Source of the DNA: Promethearchaeota archaeon
Lineage (GTDB): Archaea; Asgardarchaeota; Lokiarchaeia; Sigyniarchaeales; SOKP01
NCBI GenBank assembly: GCA_048941265.1
Contig: JBHLNT010000062.1
Location: 1-23,023 of the forward strand
Direction of reading: 5' to 3'
DNA length: 23,023 nt
Shown: positions 15,541-23,023 of the stretch, in pieces
Layout: each line of letters opens with the position of its first letter
Numbering within the stretch: the first letter of the stretch is position 1
The notes under the pieces: model-generated
The model's input: the letters and a program-made list of their open reading frames with translations, nothing else
Database searches by the model: none
Told to the model about the DNA's origin: nothing
Program-made: the position numbers and the translations under genes

Positions 15541-16521
15541 ATGACTCTCGACTTAGATGTTCCTTGGGTTGAAAAATATCGACCTAAGGATTTTGAGGAT
15601 ATTGTTAGTCAAAGTATTACTATAAATAATTTAAAAGAATTTGTTAAAAGTGGCAATATGCCCCATATGATCTTTACAGGTCCTGCTGGCACTGGGAAAA
15701 CAAGTGCAGCTCTAATTATCGCAAAAAAATTGTTAAAAGGAGATCACTATTATAGGGATTTATTAGAACTTAACGCTTCTGATACAGTTAGAATGGATTA
15801 TGTAAGGAGCGTTATCAAGAATTTTGTTAATCAAAATATGATAATTGGAGCAAAATCTCTGAAAATCGTGATATTAGATGAAGCAGATAATATCCCAAAT
15901 CAAGTCCAACAAGCTTTAAGGAGAATCATTGAGAAAACATCAAATCAAGTAAAGTTTATCTTAATGTGTAATTATATTAATCGCATTATAGATCCTATTA
16001 TTTCTAGATGTGCTGTTTTTAGGTTTGTGAGTCTGCCAAAAGAAATAATTATCGATAGGCTAAAATATATTACTCAGCAAGAAAAATTGAAGATACCAGA
16101 AAAATTTTCCGATGATTTTTTTGAAACACTCTTTTTTATATCGGGTGGTGATTTAAGAAAAGCAATTAACACTCTCCAAAGCGCGGTGGCACTTGAATTA
16201 TTAGAAAATCTAGATATTAATGAAATTCTAAAAATTTCTGGATTCTTAGATAAGCCAACATTGGAGCATTTAACTAGAGCTATTTCAGCCATAGATTTTA
16301 TTCGTACAAAAGAAATCTTAGCAAATGCGGAGAATCTTGATAGTAGAAATTTTATAAAACAAATCTTAGAAATATTGCCAAAGCTACAAATCGAACAAAA
16401 AGATATAAGTTATCTATACTATTTTTTGGGCGAAGTAGATTATAGAATCAGTCAAGGAGCGGATGAACAAATCCAAATATTCGCTTTAATAGCAGAAATA
16501 ATACATAGGATGAGTAAATAG
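15541..16521 (+). CDS. rfcS: Replication factor C small subunit (ATPase-competent)
   Basis: PWVEKYRP, Walker A GPAGTGKT, ELNASD, Walker B ILDEAD, QALRR, SRC and GDLRKAIN. No intein is present. Confidence 0.95.
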   Translation: MTLDLDVPWVEKYRPKDFEDIVSQSITINNLKEFVKSGNMPHMIFTGPAGTGKTSAALIIAKKLLKGDHYYRDLLELNASDTVRMDYVRSVIKNFVNQNMIIGAKSLKIVILDEADNIPNQVQQALRRIIEKTSNQVKFILMCNYINRIIDPIISRCAVFRFVSLPKEIIIDRLKYITQQEKLKIPEKFSDDFFETLFFISGGDLRKAINTLQSAVALELLENLDINEILKISGFLDKPTLEHLTRAISAIDFIRTKEILANAENLDSRNFIKQILEILPKLQIEQKDISYLYYFLGEVDYRISQGADEQIQIFALIAEIIHRMSK

Positions 16522-16563
16522 TAAAATTTAAAATAATAAATTATACAAAATAGGTGGAAAAGC

Positions 16564-17610
16564 TTGATTGAGACAATTCCGATATGGCGTATAAAATATC
16601 TCCCCAATACCTTAGATGAAATATGTGGAAGACAGGAGATTATAAAAAATTTAAAAGAGATAATTAAAAAGAGGAATTTCCCTCACTTATTACTTGTAGG
16701 TTCTGAAGGTATTGGAAAAGCTACCATTGCGAGATTATTTGCCAAAGAGTTTTTAGGAAGATATTTTACTGCGAATTATAAGTTAATATATGCTGATGAA
16801 CCATTAACAGAAGAAGAAAGAAATTTAGCTAAATCAGAAGCATATATCTCAACAAGCAAAATTGGCAGTATAGCTGGTAAAAGGATTACAACTCCGGCTT
16901 TTATCAAGGTTAAAGTTAAGCCTTTTGTGCAATTAAAGGTATTAGGAGATGCTCCTTTTAAAATTCTGATAGTTAAAAATTTTGAGGTATTGGGGGCAGA
17001 TCAACAAGGTTTTAGACGATTAATGGAAATATATGGGAACAATTGCCGCGTAATCTTAATTACGAAAAAAATTTCAGGGATCATAGATCCTATTATAAGT
17101 AGATGTCAACTATTTTTGATTTCTCAAGTAGATTTTCAATCGTTTAAAGAGTTAATACTTAAGATTTCCCAAAAGGAATCCTTACAAATTGATGAGCATG
17201 TTATAGAAGTCCTTTATAAACTCTCTGAAGGGAAAATATCTCGAGCGATTGATTTATTGCAATTATGTAGTTTAAGTGGAAAAAGCATAGATTTGGAAAA
17301 ATTATTTCAAAATTCCCAGAAATTTCGAATTGATATTGTGAGAAGCCTTTTATTAGTTGCATTAAATGGTGATTTTCCAAAAGCAAGAGAAATAGCAAGG
17401 AAAATTGTATCTAGCTATAAATATAATGCGAATGAATTGTTTAATTTATTGCTTGAAGAATTGATTAAATTACCTTTAAGTAAATTTACTCGGAGTAAAT
17501 TGATTAATTTTATCGCAGATGCGGATTTTCGTTCGTTAGATGGTATAGATAACGATATACAAATTTCGGCACTCTTATCTAAATTCTGTCTATTTTCAGA
17601 AAATTTATAA
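16564..17610 (+). CDS. Second, divergent RFC small subunit (degenerate Walker A/B, intact SRC)
   Basis: WRIKYLP, PHLLLVGSEGIGKAT, ILIVKNFE in place of ILDEAD, QQGFRRLME, IIDPIISRC, and the collar domain IADADFRSLDGIDNDIQISALL. TTG start after AGGTGG. Confidence 0.88.
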   Translation: MIETIPIWRIKYLPNTLDEICGRQEIIKNLKEIIKKRNFPHLLLVGSEGIGKATIARLFAKEFLGRYFTANYKLIYADEPLTEEERNLAKSEAYISTSKIGSIAGKRITTPAFIKVKVKPFVQLKVLGDAPFKILIVKNFEVLGADQQGFRRLMEIYGNNCRVILITKKISGIIDPIISRCQLFLISQVDFQSFKELILKISQKESLQIDEHVIEVLYKLSEGKISRAIDLLQLCSLSGKSIDLEKLFQNSQKFRIDIVRSLLLVALNGDFPKAREIARKIVSSYKYNANELFNLLLEELIKLPLSKFTRSKLINFIADADFRSLDGIDNDIQISALLSKFCLFSENL

Positions 17611-17619
17611 GAATCCAAG

Positions 17620-18999
17620 GTGAGAGAAATAGCTAAAAAACCTATAATTATAAAATCCCAATTGCCATGGGTTGAAAAATACCGCCCAAAAAGCATGAAA
17701 GAGATGGCATTACCTTCCGCTAAAGTTGAAGGACACCGTGTTGATTTAGCAGAAGAATTAACAAATTTTATTAGAACATTTTTCCAAGAAATTAAAATCA
17801 TAAATGAAAAAAATAAAAAAATAAGAGCCTATAATAGAACTGTTTCAGAAAAAGAGCAAAGAGAAGAAGTTAAGCTACAACCTGAAAAAGCAGCAGTTTT
17901 ATTGGAAGGACCTCCGGGTATTGGCAAAACTTCCATAGTGTATGCTCTAGCTCATGATTTAAATATGGATGTAGTGGAAACTAATGCCTCTGATACACGT
18001 ACTAGAGATAGCCTTGAAAAGAAGTTAAAAGAGACAGTTAAATCTCGAGGAATTATCGATTTTATGACTGATTCTAACCAAAAATTAATTTTAATTGATG
18101 AGATTGATGGCCTTTATGGAACAAAAGATCGAGGAGCTGTTCCTACAATTGTGGATTTAATTGAAAATACTCAATTCCCGATAATTATGTGTTCTAATGA
18201 ATACAAGCAAACCCTCCAAAATCTTTATAAAAATATTCGAAGATTTGAAGTCAAACCATTGCCTGAAGATGAGGTTTTTAAAATAGCTCAGAATATTCTC
18301 AAACAAGAAAATATTTCAAGTCTTACTAGAGATGAATTAGAGTTAGTAATAAAAAACAATAAGGGTGATTTAAGAGGAGTTATCAACGATCTTCAAGGTA
18401 TAAGTCAAGGATCAACTAACATTGATACTGGGGAGTTAATTATGAATCTGCATCGAGATAGCACTGAAGAAATTTTTACATTAATTAGAGATTTATTCCA
18501 AAGGGTTAATACTTTAGAAGAAGCTCGAAATTTAACTGATAAATCTGATGTGGATTATAATTTCTTATATAAGTGGGTTAATGAAAATCTTCCAACTTTC
18601 TTAAATATGAATGAAGATATCGCAAATGCCTATGAAAATCTTTCATTAGCAGATGAGATTTTTGGAAGGATCCGAAAAAATCAGTATTGGGCATTATTAC
18701 CTTATTTTTATGACCTTTTCGCAGGGGGAGTTGCCTTATCACGCAAGAGAAGTCCGCCAACAAAAGGTTTTCGTCGAGTTGTTTTTCCACGATATATCAC
18801 ATCAGGTTCATATTCATTAACGAGCCTTGAAAAAAGTATGATAGATAAGATCAACTTGAGATATGAAATATCACAAATAGAAGCAATGCAAGAATTTTTG
18901 CCATTTTTAAAGATATTGTGTACATCTTCACGAAAACAACTTAAAACAGTTAGTGATTGGTTAGAATTGGATGCAAAAGAGAAAAAATTATTAAAATAA
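17620..18999 (+). CDS. rfcL: Replication factor C large subunit
   Basis: PWVEKYRP, GPPGIGKT, ETNASDTR, LIDEIDG, GDLRGVINDLQ, and large-subunit motifs WVNEN and LSLADEIFGRI..QYW.L. There is no SRC motif. Confidence 0.93.
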   Translation: MREIAKKPIIIKSQLPWVEKYRPKSMKEMALPSAKVEGHRVDLAEELTNFIRTFFQEIKIINEKNKKIRAYNRTVSEKEQREEVKLQPEKAAVLLEGPPGIGKTSIVYALAHDLNMDVVETNASDTRTRDSLEKKLKETVKSRGIIDFMTDSNQKLILIDEIDGLYGTKDRGAVPTIVDLIENTQFPIIMCSNEYKQTLQNLYKNIRRFEVKPLPEDEVFKIAQNILKQENISSLTRDELELVIKNNKGDLRGVINDLQGISQGSTNIDTGELIMNLHRDSTEEIFTLIRDLFQRVNTLEEARNLTDKSDVDYNFLYKWVNENLPTFLNMNEDIANAYENLSLADEIFGRIRKNQYWALLPYFYDLFAGGVALSRKRSPPTKGFRRVVFPRYITSGSYSLTSLEKSMIDKINLRYEISQIEAMQEFLPFLKILCTSSRKQLKTVSDWLELDAKEKKLLK

Positions 19000-19034
19000 T
19001 ATTTTAAAAGTAAATAAGATTTGTAATTATTGAA

Positions 19035-19397
19035 TTAGACCACTTCTTCTTTTATAAATAATTTTTTAATTCGTCTTGGCAAAAAGAATCCGAAATAGAA
19101 TTCAATAGCGCTTGACATTAAAAGTAATCGAACTAGAATTAAAAGAAATGCAGTAATAGCAAATAGTCCAGCATCTAGAAGTCCACCTATAAAAAATGAG
19201 AACCACGCAGCTAATATAAATTTTCCTTTCAATTTAATTTCTGGATTTTCAGATTTAAAGGATTCAAGCCCAAATGAAAGACCAATAATAATAGCTATCA
19301 CGAGAATAATCACTATATAAATAAGAAATGGTGTAGTTAATTCGTCATTAAAAAGACCTTCTTTTGGCGCTATAACCGATATATCGGTAAAACATTT
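19035..19397 (-). pseudogene. 5'-truncated multi-pass membrane protein gene (C-terminal three TM helices only)
   Basis: The frame stays open upstream of the GTG at 19313 (…FTDISVIAPKEGLFNDELTTPFLIYIVIILVI…) to a stop at 19398-19400, with no in-frame ATG. The GTG falls inside a TM helix. Confidence 0.6.
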
Positions 19398-19430
19398 TCA
19401 GACTTTTCCAATATCATAGAATTTTGAAGG

Positions 19431-20276
19431 TTATATCGAGTTAAGAAAACTCTGAGAGAGACTAGGAACATCAATATCAAAATAATTTTTAACAATTTCA
19501 ATTAAAAAAGCTAAATACTTATTACTAAGTTTAATCTGATATTCATCTTCTAATTCTTTAGAAATTTTTAATATGTTGATTTTTTCGTCTTTTCTCTGAT
19601 TTTTAATAATATCAACAATAGCTTTTGAAAGAATATATGCTTTCTGAATGTCATTACGCAATAAAATTAAGCTTGATTCCATATCAACTTCGGAAAAAAA
19701 ATTCTGAACAATTTGCTTTTCTACTGCCAGTTTTTTCAAATTTATGGATTTATTGACATTTTTTACAATCTCTTTGCCATTGAATACCATAAAATCTTTA
19801 TATATTTTAGAATTATCCTTATATTGTTCATTAGAGATTATAGAAATATCGATTTCAAACAAATCAAGGGTTATATAGTTAAAGAAATTTAAAATGTGGT
19901 TATAGAGAAATTCCTCTTCAAAAATTAATACTATTTTCTTCTTAAGAAAAATGGATTTTATGACAAGGGTAATTAATATTGCAGGCAGATTAAGCTTAAT
20001 TAAATTCAAATTAATCATTTCAGATTCAGGAATCTTCTCCTCTTCAAGTTTTCCAAAAGGAACTTTCTCTGGAATTTCAATTAGAAAATCGGCTATAAAA
20101 TAATCTCGAATTTTCAGATTTTTATCTATATATGTGACAAATGAGTGCTCACAGATAGTATTCGCTTTTACATAAACTGCTAGAAGACCCCGTGTGATAC
20201 TTTTTAAGGCATTATCCTCTATTTCTATAATTCCAATTTTATGGCAGGAGGGACACCTTATTTGAATTTGTGGCAT
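19431..20276 (-). CDS. Hypothetical protein, N-terminal CPxC...CxH Zn-binding domain, paralog 1 of 3
   Basis: CPSC, RGLLAV, ICEHSFVTYIDKNLKIRDYFIADF. Full-length similarity to the two neighbouring genes. Confidence 0.88.
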   Translation of the reverse strand: MPQIQIRCPSCHKIGIIEIEDNALKSITRGLLAVYVKANTICEHSFVTYIDKNLKIRDYFIADFLIEIPEKVPFGKLEEEKIPESEMINLNLIKLNLPAILITLVIKSIFLKKKIVLIFEEEFLYNHILNFFNYITLDLFEIDISIISNEQYKDNSKIYKDFMVFNGKEIVKNVNKSINLKKLAVEKQIVQNFFSEVDMESSLILLRNDIQKAYILSKAIVDIIKNQRKDEKINILKISKELEDEYQIKLSNKYLAFLIEIVKNYFDIDVPSLSQSFLNSI

Positions 20277-20483
20277 TATTAGTTAATTTGAAATCTATAC
20301 TTTTACACAATATTTTTTTTTTGAAATTTGTTTGATTACCATCCAATTAAGACTATAAAAATTTTAAGAATCCATCAAATTTATTATGTAATTTCTTCTA
20401 TTTTTATTTAATTCTTTCTTTTTTTTATCAATTTGAACTAAATAACTTGGTACTTGAAAATAAGTCAGAAGAAAAAAAAATCT

Positions 20484-21323
20484 TTATAACAAATCCATAA
20501 GACTTTCAGAAGCACTTGGTACTTTGACATTAAAATAATTTCGAACTATATTCAGTAAAAATTCTAAATAATCATTATTTATTTTAGTTTTTTGGTTTTT
20601 CTCCAAATTTTTCCCTAATTTAGAATAATTAAGCTTTTTGATATCATTTATCTTTTGAATTATTTCTACTAGTGAATTTGCAAGTAAGTAGGCCTTATGA
20701 AGTTCATTTTTTAACATAATAAAACTAAAGTTAAGATCAGCTTCATATAAAAAATTTTGCACTATTTTTTTTTCTACTTTTAATTTTTTTGGATTTAAAG
20801 AGTTATTAACATTATTAATTATTTCATTATCCTGAAAAACCATATAATCTTTAAATTCATTACTTTTATTTTTGAATACTTCTTCAGATTCAAAGGATAT
20901 ATTAAATTTAAAATTGTCTTGAGTGATAAGTTTAAAGAATTCTAAGATATGAGGATTCATGAATGATTCTGTTGAAATTAATAGTATTTTTTTTTTCATC
21001 AAAATTGATTTTATCATATAAGTAATTAAATTTGGGGACAAATTTAGCTTAATTAGACTTAAATCCAATTCCCTTGAAATTCCAATATCTTTAATCCTTT
21101 CGGTTTCTGTTATCTCAGGTAACTCATATTGGAAATCAGCGATGAAATAATCTCTTATCTTCAAGTTTTTATCAATATAGGTAATAAACGAATGCGGGCA
21201 AATTGTACCTTCGGGGACATTAACTGCGAGTAAACCTCGTAATATAGTTTTTAAAACATTATCGGAAATTTCTATATTTCCCCTCTTTGAACAATCAGGA
21301 CAAATTACTTGAAGAATTGTCAT
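20484..21323 (-). CDS. Hypothetical protein, N-terminal CPxC...CxH Zn-binding domain, paralog 2 of 3
   Basis: CPDC, RGLLAVN, ICPHSFITYIDKNLKIRDYFIADF. Confidence 0.88.
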   Translation of the reverse strand: MTILQVICPDCSKRGNIEISDNVLKTILRGLLAVNVPEGTICPHSFITYIDKNLKIRDYFIADFQYELPEITETERIKDIGISRELDLSLIKLNLSPNLITYMIKSILMKKKILLISTESFMNPHILEFFKLITQDNFKFNISFESEEVFKNKSNEFKDYMVFQDNEIINNVNNSLNPKKLKVEKKIVQNFLYEADLNFSFIMLKNELHKAYLLANSLVEIIQKINDIKKLNYSKLGKNLEKNQKTKINNDYLEFLLNIVRNYFNVKVPSASESLMDLL

Positions 21324-21477
21324 ATTCTTAAATATATTTTATTAATTCAAAATTTATAGGAGGGTTTCCTAAATGAATTAAACTATTATTTAATTGTCGG
21401 TTTTTAGTTTATTAACTTATAAACTAAAGTAAAAAAAATAATAATTTAAATGTATTCTATACCATGTAAATTATCGG

Positions 21478-22329
21478 CTATAATAAATCATGGAAACTCT
21501 CGAAGATACTAGGGACTTTAATTTCAAAATAATTTCTGACAATATCTACCAAAAATTCTAAGTATAAATTGTTAATTTTAATTTTATGAGTCTCTTCTAA
21601 GCTTTTATATATTTTTAATATGTTTATTTTTACGTTTTTATCGAGACTATTAATTGCATCAACTATGGATTTTGAAAGGAAATATATCTTGTTTATATCG
21701 TTTCTTAGGACTAATAAACTCGAATTTAAGTCCATTTCGGATAAAAATCGGAGGACCATTTGCTTTTCTATTGCTAATTTCTTTGGATTAATTAATTTTT
21801 TTACATTATTAATTATTTGACTTCCCTCAAAAACCATATAATCTTTATATTGCTTTTTCTCCTGATTAAATTTTTCGTTAGAAATCATAGAAATATCAGC
21901 AGCGAAATTATCCTGTGTTATATATTTGAAAAAGTTAAGAATAATGTTGTTTAAGAAAGTTTCCTCCGAAATTATTAATATTTTCTTTTTTAAAAAAATT
22001 GATTTGAAAATAAAAGTCATTAAATTTGCTGAAACGTTGAGTTTAATCAAATTTAAGTTAACCAAATCTTTTTCTGGAATTATGACATCTTTTTGTTCTC
22101 CAAGAGTATCTAAAACCGGAATTTCGATTTGAAATTGATAATCGGCTATGAAATAGTCTCTTATTACCAAATTTTTATCAATATATACAATAAATGAATG
22201 AGTACAAATAATATCTGATGGAATATTAACAGCAAGTAATCCTCTTTTCACATCTTTCAAATTTTCTTCAGCAACGTCAATATATCCATTTCCTGAGCAA
22301 GACGGACATCGAACTAATATATTTGTCAT
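21478..22329 (-). CDS. Hypothetical protein, N-terminal CPxC...CxH Zn-binding domain, paralog 3 of 3
   Basis: CPSC, RGLLAVN, ICTHSFIVYIDKNLVIRDYFIADY. Confidence 0.88.
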   Translation of the reverse strand: MTNILVRCPSCSGNGYIDVAEENLKDVKRGLLAVNIPSDIICTHSFIVYIDKNLVIRDYFIADYQFQIEIPVLDTLGEQKDVIIPEKDLVNLNLIKLNVSANLMTFIFKSIFLKKKILIISEETFLNNIILNFFKYITQDNFAADISMISNEKFNQEKKQYKDYMVFEGSQIINNVKKLINPKKLAIEKQMVLRFLSEMDLNSSLLVLRNDINKIYFLSKSIVDAINSLDKNVKINILKIYKSLEETHKIKINNLYLEFLVDIVRNYFEIKVPSIFESFHDLL

Positions 22330-22544
22330 CTAGTAATCAAATCCATTACTTTTGATTAAAATAAAAAAAGTTATGAAAAAAACATAAAAGAAGTTAGTTT
22401 TAAATTTAATCCTTTCTAAAAACTTTGTATTTTGAAGAAAAGTAAAAAAATAAATATAAACAAGATATTAGTTTAACTACAAATCAAAATGCTGTTATTA
22501 AGTGATTAAAATATAAAAGAAATAAACATAATGTTTTGATAATC

Positions 22545-23023
22545 ATGAAAGATCTAAAATCCTTAAAAAAAATCGATGTGTTTCTCATTATATTATTTGT
22601 AATCATTACTATTATCGCATTCCTCGCCGCATTAAATCCAGATTTTGGACAAGCATTATCCGTTAGAAATTTTTTTGAGACAAGTGAATTAGATAAGGTT
22701 CCATTTTGGGTAGCCGTTGGATTCACTATGCTTGTTTGCTTTTTAGGGGCGTTAGTGCCTTTTCCCATTCCTTACTCTTTACCTATTACTTTATTCTCCG
22801 CGGTATGGATAAAAACATATGGATTAGCTGCATGGGGATACATTTTACTTCTTATAATTTTTGCCACTATAGCAGTTACTGTAGGAGATTTAATAGATTA
22901 TTATATAGGAAAAGGAGCACACTATATAATGACCAAGGATGATCCGGAATTACAAACCAGATGGAGCCAAATCATATTAAACAAACCAAAAGCTATTCCT
23001 GCAATAATTGTTGTATTCGGAAT
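22545..23023 (+). CDS. DedA/VTT (SNARE-associated Golgi protein family) membrane protein, 3'-partial
   Basis: Not in the ORF track because it runs off the window. Manual translation gives MKDLKSLKKIDVFLIILFV...FLGALVPFPIPY...ATIAVTVGDLIDYYIGKG..., showing a re-entrant PxP motif and the GDxxxYxxG DedA motif. Confidence 0.78.
   Translation, partial: MKDLKSLKKIDVFLIILFVIITIIAFLAALNPDFGQALSVRNFFETSELDKVPFWVAVGFTMLVCFLGALVPFPIPYSLPITLFSAVWIKTYGLAAWGYILLLIIFATIAVTVGDLIDYYIGKGAHYIMTKDDPELQTRWSQIILNKPKAIPAIIVVFG

Noticed and set aside
14318-18790. Short minus-strand ORFs at 14318, 16074, 17201, 17415 and 18578
   Set aside because: They overlap well-supported + strand genes and show no motifs.
15541-18999. 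Inteins in the RFC genes
   Set aside because: Lengths are normal, the Walker A regions are uninterrupted and there are no splice-junction motifs.
21620-22942. ORFs 21620-21820, 21926-22132, 22484-22768 and 22706-22942
   Set aside because: They are antisense or out-of-frame overlaps of paralog 3 or the DedA/VTT gene.

Overview
AT-rich archaeal chromosomal window, most likely from an Asgard archaeon of Lokiarchaeia type. This is inferred from a Rab-like small GTPase lacking a prenylation tail, tandem long-chain acyl-CoA ligases, archaeal-type proteasome alpha and RFC subunits, GGTGA-type ribosome-binding sites and tandem paralog expansions. Gene order: two tandem acyl-CoA synthetases, a convergent sirtuin, a Rab-like GTPase, a proteasome alpha subunit, a small winged-helix protein, two in-frame giant helical-repeat genes (580 and 1899 aa, 14 copies of a 121-129 aa unit), a CdrS-like ribbon-helix-helix regulator, a PC4-like and a double zinc-ribbon small protein, a GNAT gene directly ahead of a three-subunit RFC cluster whose second small subunit is ATPase-degenerate (like eukaryotic Rfc5), a 5'-truncated membrane gene, three tandem Zn-ribbon/DENN-like paralogs and a partial DedA/VTT gene. 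I saw no rRNA, tRNA, CRISPR array or mobile element. All family calls come from motif recognition by eye, and no searches were run.
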